Source: Armatimonadota bacterium (GTDB lineage: Bacteria; Armatimonadota; SYMT01). Taken from it: 64,000 nt of DNA. Positions within the stretch are counted from its first letter, which is position 1, and every line of letters begins with the position of its first letter. Location of the stretch: the NCBI GenBank assembly GCA_046292385.1, contig JBKBRF010000001.1:63305-127304 (forward strand), read 5' to 3'. This document shows, in pieces, positions 42,301 through 50,387 of the stretch. The notes beneath the pieces are model-generated. The model was not told where the DNA came from. It ran no database searches and saw only the letters and a list, made by a program, of their open reading frames with translations. Made by a program: the position numbers and the translations under genes.

Positions 42301-45300
42301 CGTAGCGCGTGCAGATCTTCCCCGGCCGGTCCGGATCCGGATCGTACCAGGCTTCCACGTCCCAGCGGCCACCCGGCACCTCGACGATCGCGTCCCGGCC
42401 GTCAAAGAGGAGCCGCGCCAGCTCATCGAGGCTGCCGACCCCGCCCGGGAGGCGGCACCCCACCCCCACCACCGCAATCGGCTCGTGACGCGACCGGGCG
42501 GCCACCGCCGGCTCCGCCTCTTCGACCGGCGCCCCGGCGAGCCAGTCCGACAGCTCGCGGACGTTCGGGCGCGCGAAGAGCGCGGCGGCGGGAACGGGTC
42601 GCGCCAGCGTCGTCTCCAGCCGGTGCCGGAATGCCACCGCGGTCAGCGAGTCGAGGCCAATCTGGAAGAAGCCGGCGTGCGCGTCGATCGTCCCCGGGCA
42701 GTCGATGCCGAGCACCGCGGCCAGCTCTCGCCGCACCACTTCTTCGGTCTCGCTTTGCCCCGCAGGCGGCGGGGTGGGGTGGGCAGCTGGCGCCGGCCGA
42801 AGAAGAGTGGGCGCGGATGGCCTGGCGGCACGCACCCGCGGCGCACGCGCAAGCAGGAGACTCTGCTTCAGTCCGTCGGGAATCACTTCCACCGGCCCGA
42901 ACCCCGCTTCGGACAACACGGACCGCCACGTCTCGACCGGGAGCAGCGGGTGGTCCGGCCTCAGCTCCGTGTCCGCGAACTTCCACCAGCCGTCGAGCGT
43001 GCCGACTACCAGGTCGAGCCAGGTGGAGGGGGTGGTCACCTCGATTAGCGCCAGGATGCCGCCGGGCGCGAGGAGAGGTTGGATTCGGCGGAGTGTCTCG
43101 TGCAGATCGGGAGTGGCATGCACCACGTTGGAGGCGAGCACCAGGTCGAACGGACCGTGAAGCTCGGCCGGCGGTCCGGTCAGGTCCAGCAGCTCATACC
43201 GGACGAACGGATAACCGGCGAGCGCCTCCCGGGCACGCGCCAGGAACAGCGGCGAGACGTCGGAGAAGCAGTAATCGGTCCGGTCCGCGGGCAGCGCCGG
43301 GAGCACCGCCGCCGTGGTGCCGCCGGTTCCCGCGCCCAGCTCCAGCACCCGCAGCCGGCCAGGGCGCTGGGCGATCTCTTCGACGGCCGCGCCCAGGAGC
43401 CGGTTGGCGCCGTGGAAGAAGCCGCAGTCGCGGTAGAGCTCGGCGGCGTCCTCCAGGGAGCCGCCGGGGAAGAGCACCTCCAGCGGATCTTTCTCACCGC
43501 TGAGCACCGCCGCCAGCGCTTCCCCACAGCGCCGGACCAGCGTCACGGCGGCGCCTCCGGTCGAGGAAACCTCCGGCACCGGGTGCGGTCCGGCGTCGAG
43601 GGCGGCGCCCAGCAGCCGGCGGGCCAGGCGCGCGTGGCGTGGATCGAGGGAGACGCCGTCCAGCGAGTCGCTCTTTCCGTCCCAGCCGAGCCGGGTAAGC
43701 GCCCGGTGAGCGTAGGCGGCAGCCAGGCGATCCAGCTCCGCATCCACGCCGGCGAACCGGTGGGCGCCCGCCTCGTTCTGCAGCTCGGGCAGCCGGCTGC
43801 GGGCCCGCGCGGCGACGGCCGGCAGCTCTACCTCGCGCGCCGGGGTGGTCCTCTCCGAAAGCGTCTCGTCGTGGTCGGGCCAGCAGCGCTCCCGCTGGAA
43901 CGGATAGGTCGGCAGGGAGATCCGGCGCCGCGAGTACGCCCGGTCGAGCCCGTGCCAGTCGATCTTTACGCCGGCAACGTAAGTCTCGGCGAGGCTGCGG
44001 AAGAGGGTGGCGAGCTCGCCCTTCCCCCGCCGGAGTGACGGGAGCCAGGTACCGCCTTCAACGCAGCTGCGTCCGAGGGTTACGAGAACCGGGTGCGGGC
44101 CGATCTCGATGAAGAGCTCGCAGCCGGCCTCTCGCAGCGCCCGCATCCCGTCCGCGAAGCGCACCGGCTCCCGGGCGTGCCGCCGCCAGTGCGCCGCCGA
44201 GAGCCCGTTCGCACCCTCCAGCGCGGAGACGAAGCGGGCGCGGGGCGTCGCATAGTCGAACCGGCTCGCGAGCGCCTCGAGCTCTTCGAGAACCGGGTCC
44301 AGCAGGGGGGAGTGGAACGCGTGGGAGACCGCCAGCGGGCGGCTGGCGATTCCCTCCCGCTCCAGCCGGGCGGCAACCTCCGCCAGGGCGGCCCGGCTGC
44401 CGGAGAGGACGGTGCTCTCCGGCCCGTTCACCGCCGCAATCGCCGGGTCGAGGAGTCCGCCCAGCGCACGGCGGACTCGCTCCTCCGAGGCGAAGACTGC
44501 GGTCATCCCGCCTCCGTCGGGGAGCGACTGCATGAGCCGTGCCCGCCCGGCGACCAGCTCCAGCGCGTCCGGCAGGCTCATGCCTCCCGCCCGGCAGGCG
44601 GCGGCAAGCTCCCCCACGCTGTGCCCCAGCACCGCGTCCGGCTCCACTCCCCACGATTGCCACAGCTCGGCCAAGGCGTACTGGAGCGCGAAGAGCGCCG
44701 GCTGGGCGCAGCGGGTTTCCTCCAGGGGGGCGCCGTCATCGAAGAGCAGCGGGAGGAGCGGCCGGTCGAGGAGCCGGTCGAGGGTCTCCGCGCACCGGTC
44801 GAGGGCGGCACGAAAGGTTGGCTGCGTCCGATACAGCTCCCGGCCCATCCCCGGGTAGACGGAGCCCTGTCCGGTGAAAAGGAACGCCACCCGAGGAGCC
44901 CGCCCGGCCTCCGCTTTGCCCGCGACCAGCGCCGCCTCGTCCCGGCCGGCGTGGTAGGCGGACAGCACCTTCCGAACGCGCGCGGAGGACTCGCCCACCA
45001 CGGCCAGCCGATGGGGGAGGTGGGTGCGCCCGGTGTTGGCGGTGAAGCAGGCGTCCGGAAGCGGCTCCAGCGGATGCTCCGCGTACCGGCCCGCCAGCTC
45101 CCGCAGTGCTGGCTCCGTGCGCGCGGAGAGAGTCAGGAGGTGGAGCGGACGCTCCTCGGAGGTCTCATGCGATGCGTCGATGCCGGCCGGAACGTACTCC
45201 TGCAGGATGGCGTGGCTGTTGGTCCCGCCGAACCCGAACGAGCTGACGCCGGCGACGGCGGGGCGGCCGGTCTCCGGCCAGGGCGCGAGGCTCGACTGCA

Positions 45301-46744
45301 CCCGCACGTTCAACGTCTCGAACGGAATGGCCGGGTTGGGCCGCTCGTAATGCAGGCTCGGCGGCAGCGTCCGATGGCAGAGAGACAGCGCCACCTTGAT
45401 GAAACCGGTGACGCCCGCCGCCGCTTCCAGATGCCCGAGGTTCGTCTTGACCGACCCCACCAGGAGCGGTACGGAGCGCTCGCGTGCGTAGACCGAGGCG
45501 AGGGCCTTCACTTCGATCGGGTCGCCCAGCCGCGTGCCGGTGCCGTGCGCCTCGACGTAGTCCACCTCCGTCGGGACTACCCTGGCGCGGGCGCAGGCGT
45601 CTCTCAGGACCCCTTCCTGCGCGCGCCGGCTCGGCGCGGTGAGGCCGTTGCTCTCCCCGTCGTTGTTGATCGCCGTTCCGCGGACCACGCAGTAGATCCG
45701 GTCGCCGTCTTCCCGCGCGCGGGAAAGCGGCTTCAGCAGCACCAGGCCGGCTCCCTCTCCGCGCACGTAGCCGTCGGCACGGGCATCGAACGTCTTGCAG
45801 CGCCCGTCCGGAGCCATCGCCCCGAACTTGGTCATGGCGACCGTGCTGGCGGGGGAGAGGATCAGGTTCACGCCGCCGGCAAAGGCGACCGTCGACTCGC
45901 CCCGGCGCAGGCTCTCACACGCCAGGTGGACCGCCACCAGGGAGGACGAGCAGGCGGTGTTGACCGTAAAGCTCGGCCCTTCCAGGCCGAGCCAGTAGGA
46001 GAGGCGCGCGGCGAGGATGCTGCTGTCCAGGCCGGTCGCCGTGTGCCGGGTGATCGTCTCCAGGTCGTGGAAGAGGCGAGCGTAGTCGCTCCACATCGCC
46101 CCGACGAAGACGCCCGCGCGCTGCCCCCGGAGCCGCGCCGCGGGTAGGCCCGCGTCTTCCAGCCCCTCCCAGGCGAGCTCCAGCAGGAGGCGCTGCTGCG
46201 GGTCGATCGCCACCGCTTCCGGCCGGGAGATGCCGAAGAGCTGCGGATCGAACTGGTCGACCCGGTCGAGGAGCCCGGCCCGCCGCGTGTTCATCGTGCC
46301 GGGCCTCTGCGGGTCCGGATCGAAGCGCGCGTCGACGTCCCAACGCTCCGGCGGGACCTCCTGGACGGCGTCTACCCCGCCGGTCAGGAGTCGCCAGAAG
46401 GCGTCGAGGTCCGGGGCGCCCGGCAGGCGGCAGGCCATTCCGACTACGGCAATCGGCTCGTCGTCCGGGAGCGGGATCATCGGCTCCGCGGCAGCGTCCG
46501 CGTTACCGGCGAGGTGCGCGGCGAGCGCCTCGATGGTCGGAAACTCCCAGACCACCGTCTCCGGCAGGGGAGCCCCAACGAAGTTGGCGAGCTCGCGGAC
46601 CAGGTCGGCGGCGCCCAGGGAGTCGATGCCGTACGACGTGAAACGCCGGCTCGGGTCGATCTCCTCGGGGGACAGTCCGCACCGGAGGGATAACTGCGAG
46701 CAGAGCCACTGTTCTACCGCCAGAGGAGTGAGTGGCGACGCCAT
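36371..46744 (-). CDS. Initiating bimodular type I PKS: loading ACP-KS-AT-cMT-ACP-KS-AT-DH-ER-KR-ACP
   Basis: The track ORF starts at 46813; ATG at 46744 with GGAGG upstream is preferred. N-terminal ACP GIDSL; KS NTACSSS; both ATs GHSVG/HAFH (malonyl type); MT LELGAGTGG; DH HRIHDTTYLP; ER LIHAATGGVG; KR GGSGFAG, SYGAAN. Confidence 0.95.
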   Translation of the reverse strand: MASPLTPLAVEQWLCSQLSLRCGLSPEEIDPSRRFTSYGIDSLGAADLVRELANFVGAPLPETVVWEFPTIEALAAHLAGNADAAAEPMIPLPDDEPIAVVGMACRLPGAPDLDAFWRLLTGGVDAVQEVPPERWDVDARFDPDPQRPGTMNTRRAGLLDRVDQFDPQLFGISRPEAVAIDPQQRLLLELAWEGLEDAGLPAARLRGQRAGVFVGAMWSDYARLFHDLETITRHTATGLDSSILAARLSYWLGLEGPSFTVNTACSSSLVAVHLACESLRRGESTVAFAGGVNLILSPASTVAMTKFGAMAPDGRCKTFDARADGYVRGEGAGLVLLKPLSRAREDGDRIYCVVRGTAINNDGESNGLTAPSRRAQEGVLRDACARARVVPTEVDYVEAHGTGTRLGDPIEVKALASVYARERSVPLLVGSVKTNLGHLEAAAGVTGFIKVALSLCHRTLPPSLHYERPNPAIPFETLNVRVQSSLAPWPETGRPAVAGVSSFGFGGTNSHAILQEYVPAGIDASHETSEERPLHLLTLSARTEPALRELAGRYAEHPLEPLPDACFTANTGRTHLPHRLAVVGESSARVRKVLSAYHAGRDEAALVAGKAEAGRAPRVAFLFTGQGSVYPGMGRELYRTQPTFRAALDRCAETLDRLLDRPLLPLLFDDGAPLEETRCAQPALFALQYALAELWQSWGVEPDAVLGHSVGELAAACRAGGMSLPDALELVAGRARLMQSLPDGGGMTAVFASEERVRRALGGLLDPAIAAVNGPESTVLSGSRAALAEVAARLEREGIASRPLAVSHAFHSPLLDPVLEELEALASRFDYATPRARFVSALEGANGLSAAHWRRHAREPVRFADGMRALREAGCELFIEIGPHPVLVTLGRSCVEGGTWLPSLRRGKGELATLFRSLAETYVAGVKIDWHGLDRAYSRRRISLPTYPFQRERCWPDHDETLSERTTPAREVELPAVAARARSRLPELQNEAGAHRFAGVDAELDRLAAAYAHRALTRLGWDGKSDSLDGVSLDPRHARLARRLLGAALDAGPHPVPEVSSTGGAAVTLVRRCGEALAAVLSGEKDPLEVLFPGGSLEDAAELYRDCGFFHGANRLLGAAVEEIAQRPGRLRVLELGAGTGGTTAAVLPALPADRTDYCFSDVSPLFLARAREALAGYPFVRYELLDLTGPPAELHGPFDLVLASNVVHATPDLHETLRRIQPLLAPGGILALIEVTTPSTWLDLVVGTLDGWWKFADTELRPDHPLLPVETWRSVLSEAGFGPVEVIPDGLKQSLLLARAPRVRAARPSAPTLLRPAPAAHPTPPPAGQSETEEVVRRELAAVLGIDCPGTIDAHAGFFQIGLDSLTAVAFRHRLETTLARPVPAAALFARPNVRELSDWLAGAPVEEAEPAVAARSRHEPIAVVGVGCRLPGGVGSLDELARLLFDGRDAIVEVPGGRWDVEAWYDPDPDRPGKICTRYGGFLDGIDRFDAEFFGISPREAVQMDPQHRLVLEVGWEALEHAGQSPKELRGSRTGVFVGSIGSEYGDRMRAAAGTDPLSLYTLTGQANNTIAGRLSYFLGLQGPSLVVDTACSSSLVALHLACQSILSGECDTALAGGVNVLLAPEGSVVLSRARMLAPDGRCKVFDAAADGYVRGEGCGMVVLRRLSDAAARGDRILAVVRGSAVKHDGHSSGFTVPNGASQEAVIREALAHAGVDPEEVTYVEAHGTGTALGDPIEVHSLAAAYGPGRTEPLALGSVKTNLGHLEAAAGIAGLLKVVAALGHRRIPPHLHLKSLNPHLTPEGLSFTIPVETTPWEPGPHRRLAGVSSFGASGTNVHLIVEEAPPASVSAENDAAAPQLLPLSAANAPALRELIARAARHLEADAAAFSDTCFTAGVGRAHFPHRTAVVARTAAEARRALSQAVPAAVGAAPPRVAFLFTGQGSQYPGMARGLYETEPRFRAALDRCAELAREHLDVPLLPLLFEGAGRLEQTGYTQPALFAVEYALAELWQAWGVRPAAVIGHSVGEFAAACVAGVLSLEDAFSLVAARGRLMQSLPAGGGMATVFGESDQVRSLLGRAGLKVVVAAENAPGHLVLAGEERALAQAAALLREEGIESRPLAVSHAFHSPLMEPILDPLQAAADRIAPHPPRIPVVSNLTAAAQDLFDGAYWRQHARECVRFAEGIRALAGLGIDAFVEIGPQPVLTALGGQCVDGGLWLPSLRRGADDRETLLRSLGTLYELGVEVDWEALHRDRSARRVTFPTYPFQRERFWFDSLAPASAPAPAPAGSKGDDLLTDPGRRSAATGETLFEVSLDARRTVFLQDHRIHDTTYLPATVFLELAWQAAARSTRSGAILAEVDLHEALPLPLDAAREAQLCLAQDGSWQLYARDGEEWRRHATGRMEPGRALGPVPVQLDQARSRCRELVSDLYGALDDRGFHFGPRFRRVVETWRGAGEAVGRIDPGSALGWDGPRGHPILLDCALQVLAALMPDGETWMPARFERCAWHGPVPDGELWSHASVTPAADGVLLGEVRLCAPDGRLVAELCGVTMRRVSREVRRGSTAAPAYEVTWQPHPLEERDAPPLRYAVLPDHSGVGLLLADRLLAGDRGRVAVCPELAALPPDVEAVVDLRALDDEAPETVLARAAALVRELGTRATPPRLWLVSQAGEAFDGAAPSAAQAALRGFARSAALEYPGLRCGCVDLDPTASPGHQAEALLRELTAGDGGEEAAYRQGERLVPRLRPIEGSTGYEPKRLIPDTGGTLEQLRLETLTRRAPAPGEIEIQVRAAGVNFKDVLIALGRAGENPGALGAECAGEVTAVGAGVEAFRAGDRVVAFTQEALASYVTAPESLAIHLPAGVGFEAAATLPVAFLTAWYGLHELARLQPGERVLIHAATGGVGMAAVQIARAAGAEVYATASRGKWELARSLGAAHVMDSRSLSFAEEVRERTGGRGVDVVLNSFSGPAIVAGFSALAPGGRFLEIGKTEIWSRERAAAERPDVAYHPFDMKEILAAEPAWYRSLIEKILAQVEAGGLTPLPRRLYSLERAPEAFRLMAGARHTGKIVVTPSHPVELRPDGAYLVTGGSGFAGRQLARWLVERGAGHVLLVGRREPPDELRELAREWELRGTRITLARADVADPEALSAILAEVPDLRGVFHAAGVVSDALIPDLDEARFRTALEPKLHGACNLDRLTRGRDLDFFVLFSSAAALLGSAGQASYGAANAALDAIAWERRAAGLPACAINWGPLEGGMLASLSEAERTRWASRGMRPLSPERLLQAVERAIQDGAVQRVVIDADWETVARFQPSPLLSELVAPGPRPSSHASLEQVDPSERRAVLLELLRGEAARILGYRGGRPLDGRRPLAELGLDSLLAVELRNTLAGLVGCSLPSTLFFDYPTLDGLTDYLLSRLFPAEVTEAAEEATGGPADGDILDLLARELGMTDGL

Positions 46745-46748
46745 CCGG

Positions 46749-47513
46749 TCACCTCCCGGTGGGAAGCTGGAGATCGGCGGCGAGGGCGGTGAGGACCTCC
46801 TGGCGGTACTCATGGAGATAGAAGTGGCCCCCGGGGAACCGGCGCGCCTCGAAGCCCGCGGAAGTGAGCTGCCGCCACGCTTCGACTCCCGTTTCGCTCA
46901 CCTGGTGGTCGTCCCGCCCGTTGTAGAGGCTAAACGGGCAGGCGAGCGGCGGACCCGGCTCGCAGGTGTAGGTCTCGAACAGCTCAACGTCCGCGCGGAT
47001 GACCGGCAGGAAGTAGCGAACCAGCTCCGGCTCGTTCAGGATCTCCCGCGGGATGCCACCGTACCGGACCCGGATCTGCTCCACCAGCTCCTCATCCGGC
47101 AAGGGGTGGAGCAGATCTCCCTCGAGGGGGAGTGTCGGAGCGCGGCGCCCGGAGAGGAAGAGCCGGCGCGGCAGCGGCAGACCCCGCCGCGCCAGCTCTC
47201 GCGCCAGCTCAAAGGCGACGAGCGCGCCGAGACTGTGCCCGAAGAAGGCGCACTCCCGATCCAGCCACGGCTCCAGGGCAGTCGCGAGCCGCTCCACGAG
47301 CGGAGCCATCCGCGTGAAGGGGACTTCGGCGATCCGGCTCTCGCGGCCCGGCATGAGTGCCGAGCAGACCTCGATCTCGGGGGGCAGCGCTTGCCCCCAG
47401 GCGAAAAAGCTCGAGGCGCCGGCCCCCGCATGCGGGAAGCAGACGAGGCGCATGCGCGCCTCGTCTCGAGGTTTGGGGCGCACGAACCAGGAAGAACCAA
47501 CTACGGCGGGCAT
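46749..47513 (-). CDS. Type II (editing) thioesterase
   Basis: 254 aa. LVCFPHAGAGAS, GHSLG nucleophile elbow, C-terminal GGHFY. Lies immediately upstream of the first PKS gene. Confidence 0.95.
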   Translation of the reverse strand: MPAVVGSSWFVRPKPRDEARMRLVCFPHAGAGASSFFAWGQALPPEIEVCSALMPGRESRIAEVPFTRMAPLVERLATALEPWLDRECAFFGHSLGALVAFELARELARRGLPLPRRLFLSGRRAPTLPLEGDLLHPLPDEELVEQIRVRYGGIPREILNEPELVRYFLPVIRADVELFETYTCEPGPPLACPFSLYNGRDDHQVSETGVEAWRQLTSAGFEARRFPGGHFYLHEYRQEVLTALAADLQLPTGR

Positions 47514-47649
47514 AGATCGGACGGGTCAGGCGTAACCAGCAAAGCTTCCCGGGGCGGGACACGGGCGCCTGCCGAAGGCAGCCTGCCGTAAGCCTGAGCG
47601 ATGGTGCTGGCTACGCCGAAACCGGGCGGAAGATCCGGGATGCGTCGAT

Positions 47650-47889
47650 TTAGAAGAGGGAGAAGCCCTTCTCGCGCTCCTTCACCAGCACGATGACCGG
47701 CTGGGCATCCGCGGCGATGACTCCCGAGCGCTTCAACTCTTCGATGGTGGTCTGTACTTCACTCATCAACCGACCCTCGCCGCGCTTGAGCTTCTTGATC
47801 TTAGAGCGGGACTGCTTCCCCAGGTTCACCAGAATGGGGGACTCAGCGGAGGACTCGACTGACAGGGGGGCGACGGTTGCGGTCTCCAT
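47650..47889 (-). CDS. Small basic hypothetical protein (resembles DUF6200 family, from memory)
   Basis: 79 aa, PILVNLGKQSRSKIKKLKRGEGRLM...AQPVIVLVKER, with a purine-rich upstream segment. The family name needs HMM confirmation. Confidence 0.75.
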   Translation of the reverse strand: METATVAPLSVESSAESPILVNLGKQSRSKIKKLKRGEGRLMSEVQTTIEELKRSGVIAADAQPVIVLVKEREKGFSLF

Positions 47890-48044
47890 GTAGCTTGATC
47901 CTGTTCCTCTTGCGGGTCGACTACCCGGTTATCGGCCGGGGCACCGGGCTTCTTCACGTCAAACTTGCTGCGGGCCGGGCGCCCGGACGGCTGTGAAACA
48001 ATTCAGTTCGTCCCCTCCACACTTCCTTCGCGGGTAGTGGTTTT

Positions 48045-49838
48045 TCAGGGGCGTCCGGTGCCCGGCACCGGAATTTCCTTCTGAGACAAGCGGCGGGCGA
48101 TCCGGTTCAGCAGCCAGCAGGCGACGACGATACCGACCACGACCAGAACCCACACGTCGTGGGAGTGGTTCGGGAAGAAGTCTGCTATCGCGTCGAAGAC
48201 GGGGTACTTCGTCAGGTGGTCTACGGCCTCCGGGTCGTGCTGCTCCACCCAGGCGAAGATGCCGAGTGCCACCCCGAGGATCATCACGCGGGAGATGGTG
48301 CGCGTGATGAACGCGAAAACGTCCGCCGCCTTGGTGGTCACGCCTTCGAACACCTGCGCCTGGCGCCGCAGTACCGAGCCCTGGTACATGGCGAGCTCGC
48401 CGACCTGGTTGATGAGCCCGCTGGCCAGCCGGGAGACGCCCGCGCTCAAGAACCGGTTCAGGGTGCGGCGGTCTGCTCCCCGCTGGTACTTGTAGACCAG
48501 CTTGCCGTAGTCGAGGTCCGGAATCAGGAAGCTCAGGGACGCGTCCAGCGTGGCGAGCGTGCGGGTCGCCTTGAAGAACTGCCAGCTTGCGATGATGCCG
48601 TGCTGGTACATCACCCGCCCGGTCTGGGCGCCCATGTTCGAGATCGACTTCTCATGGTAGGGAAGTCCCTCGAGGCGGGCGCGCGCCGCCCAGGCGCGGT
48701 ACTCCCGCACCATCTGCCCGCGGACCTGCGTCAGGTCGATCGGCGGGATGCTCTCGCACATCATCAGCAGGATGTCGGTCGCCTTGGCGTAGTCGCCGGA
48801 GCCGATGGCGAACATCAGCAGCCGGTAAAGGTTCAGGAACCGGTTGTCGAAGCTTCCGACCGTCCCCAGGTCGATGAACGCCATCCGGCTGTTGCGGAGC
48901 AGCACGATGTTCCCCGGATGCAGATCGCCGTGGAACAGGTTGTCTTCCAGAAGCTGTCTCAAGAAGGAATTCAGCAGGCGCTTACCCAGCAGCTCGGGGT
49001 CGATGTTGTTCTCCTGGAGCCAGAGCTGCACCCCCATCGGGTCCTTCTCGCGCTGCGCGATGAAGGTCGACATCAGCGTGCCGGTGATGTACTCCATCAC
49101 CAGGACCCGCTGCGTGCTGTACCGGGTGAAGACCTTCGGAATGTAGACCTTGTGCTCGCGGAGCGTCTTCTTCATGCGCCGGAGGTTCGACTCCTCGTAC
49201 CGGTAGTCGGTCTCCTCGATCATGATCTGGCGGATCTCCCAGATCAGCTCTCCCCAGCGAAGGTGGCCCAGGATGTTGAGCCGCCGGTAGAGGCCGACCA
49301 GGGACTGGATCATGGCGAGATCGCGCGCGAAGGTGGCGCTCACGTCGGGCCGCTGGACCTTGACGGCCACCCAGCAGCCCTCTCTTCGGAGCCGGGCACG
49401 GTGGACCTGCGAGATCGACGCGGCGGCGAACGGGAGCGGATCGAACTCGTCGAATACCTCCTCCAGCGGCATACCGAGCTCGCTCTCCACGATCTGGCGG
49501 GCGACGTGGGAGGGGAAGCCGGTGGCCTCGTACTGGAGCTTGGCGAGCTCGTTGCAGAACTCGGTGGAGAAGAGGTCCGCGCGGAGGGAGATGAGCTGCC
49601 CCGCCTTGACCCAGAGGCCTCCCATCCGCTCGAGCAGCCGGCGAAGGCGCTGGGCGGCCGCCCGCGGGGTGTTCCGTCCGGTGAGCTTCAGCCACAGCGC
49701 GCCGATCAGCCAACCGAGCACGTAGAGCGCCTGGGTTAACGCTCGGAACCGGCTGGGGGGAGCCGGCTCCACGATCGGCACCTTCGGCGCTCCGGAGCGG
49801 GGGACCAGCTCCGTGACGATCAGCTCCTGCTTCAGCAT
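48045..49838 (-). CDS. ABC1/AarF/UbiB-family atypical kinase with C-terminal membrane helices
   Basis: 597 aa. KxGQ motif (VKAGQ), A-rich loop AAASISQVH, VAVKVQRP, catalytic HGDLHPGN, FIDLG, and two hydrophobic C-terminal segments. Confidence 0.93.
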   Translation of the reverse strand: MLKQELIVTELVPRSGAPKVPIVEPAPPSRFRALTQALYVLGWLIGALWLKLTGRNTPRAAAQRLRRLLERMGGLWVKAGQLISLRADLFSTEFCNELAKLQYEATGFPSHVARQIVESELGMPLEEVFDEFDPLPFAAASISQVHRARLRREGCWVAVKVQRPDVSATFARDLAMIQSLVGLYRRLNILGHLRWGELIWEIRQIMIEETDYRYEESNLRRMKKTLREHKVYIPKVFTRYSTQRVLVMEYITGTLMSTFIAQREKDPMGVQLWLQENNIDPELLGKRLLNSFLRQLLEDNLFHGDLHPGNIVLLRNSRMAFIDLGTVGSFDNRFLNLYRLLMFAIGSGDYAKATDILLMMCESIPPIDLTQVRGQMVREYRAWAARARLEGLPYHEKSISNMGAQTGRVMYQHGIIASWQFFKATRTLATLDASLSFLIPDLDYGKLVYKYQRGADRRTLNRFLSAGVSRLASGLINQVGELAMYQGSVLRRQAQVFEGVTTKAADVFAFITRTISRVMILGVALGIFAWVEQHDPEAVDHLTKYPVFDAIADFFPNHSHDVWVLVVVGIVVACWLLNRIARRLSQKEIPVPGTGRP

Positions 49839-49967
49839 GCGCCTACAGACCTCGGGGGCGGAACGAGCGACGGGGCGAGGGCGTGAGGCTGCGGCGCCGC
49901 TGCTGGGGGTGGTAGCGGGGAGGTTGGGAGGAAGCTCGCGAGGCGTCGAAAGAGCCTCGCCCGGCGG

Positions 49968-50288
49968 TTAGGACCAGAAGAGCCGCTGGATCTTGAGCCG
50001 CTTCATGCCGGTGCGCGCCGCCTTCGGCACGTTCACGCCCAGGTCCTTCAGCCAGCCGTCCTTCTTCCGCGCGTTGGAGCGACGGTGGCGGCTCAGGTAC
50101 GCAGAGCTCGCCGCCGTCTGCGCGAGCGACATGCGATGGATCGCCTTCTCGAGCCCCCGGAGCGCCTTCGAGCTCTTCTTGGGCTTGCGGCGATCGTCGC
50201 TGACCAGGACCCGCGGCCGGCAATCGACCGGGTTGTTATCCAGGATCACCACGGACTTCACCGAGCGAGGGAGTTTCAGCGTGTTCAT
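49968..50288 (-). CDS. Small basic hypothetical protein (resembles DUF6312 family, from memory)
   Basis: 106 aa, K/R-rich, containing YLSRHRRSNARKKDGWLKDL. Co-oriented upstream of the kinase. The family name needs HMM confirmation. Confidence 0.75.
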   Translation of the reverse strand: MNTLKLPRSVKSVVILDNNPVDCRPRVLVSDDRRKPKKSSKALRGLEKAIHRMSLAQTAASSAYLSRHRRSNARKKDGWLKDLGVNVPKAARTGMKRLKIQRLFWS

Positions 50289-50294
50289 AGGAGG

Positions 50295-50303
50295 AGTGTA
50301 TCA
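50295..50303 (-). promoter_or_regulatory. Candidate extended -10 promoter (TGaTACACT) for a leaderless transcript starting at ATG 50288
   Basis: The minus strand reads TGATACACT-cctcct-ATG, placing the -10-like hexamer 6 nt before the start codon. No Shine-Dalgarno on that strand. Confidence 0.45.
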
Positions 50304-50387
50304 TGCCCTCGCTTGACTGCCTATGGATGCGTTCGAACATTTCCGCCGGCTCGACAGCTGCACCTCGCCGGCTCCGGGGGTTCCGCG

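Noticed and set aside
49938..49960. GCGAGGC-N9-GCCTCGC hairpin after the 106-aa gene, and an ops-like GGTGGTAGCG near 49908
   Set aside because: The hairpin has a short stem and no U-tract. The ops-like string is on the wrong strand for these genes.
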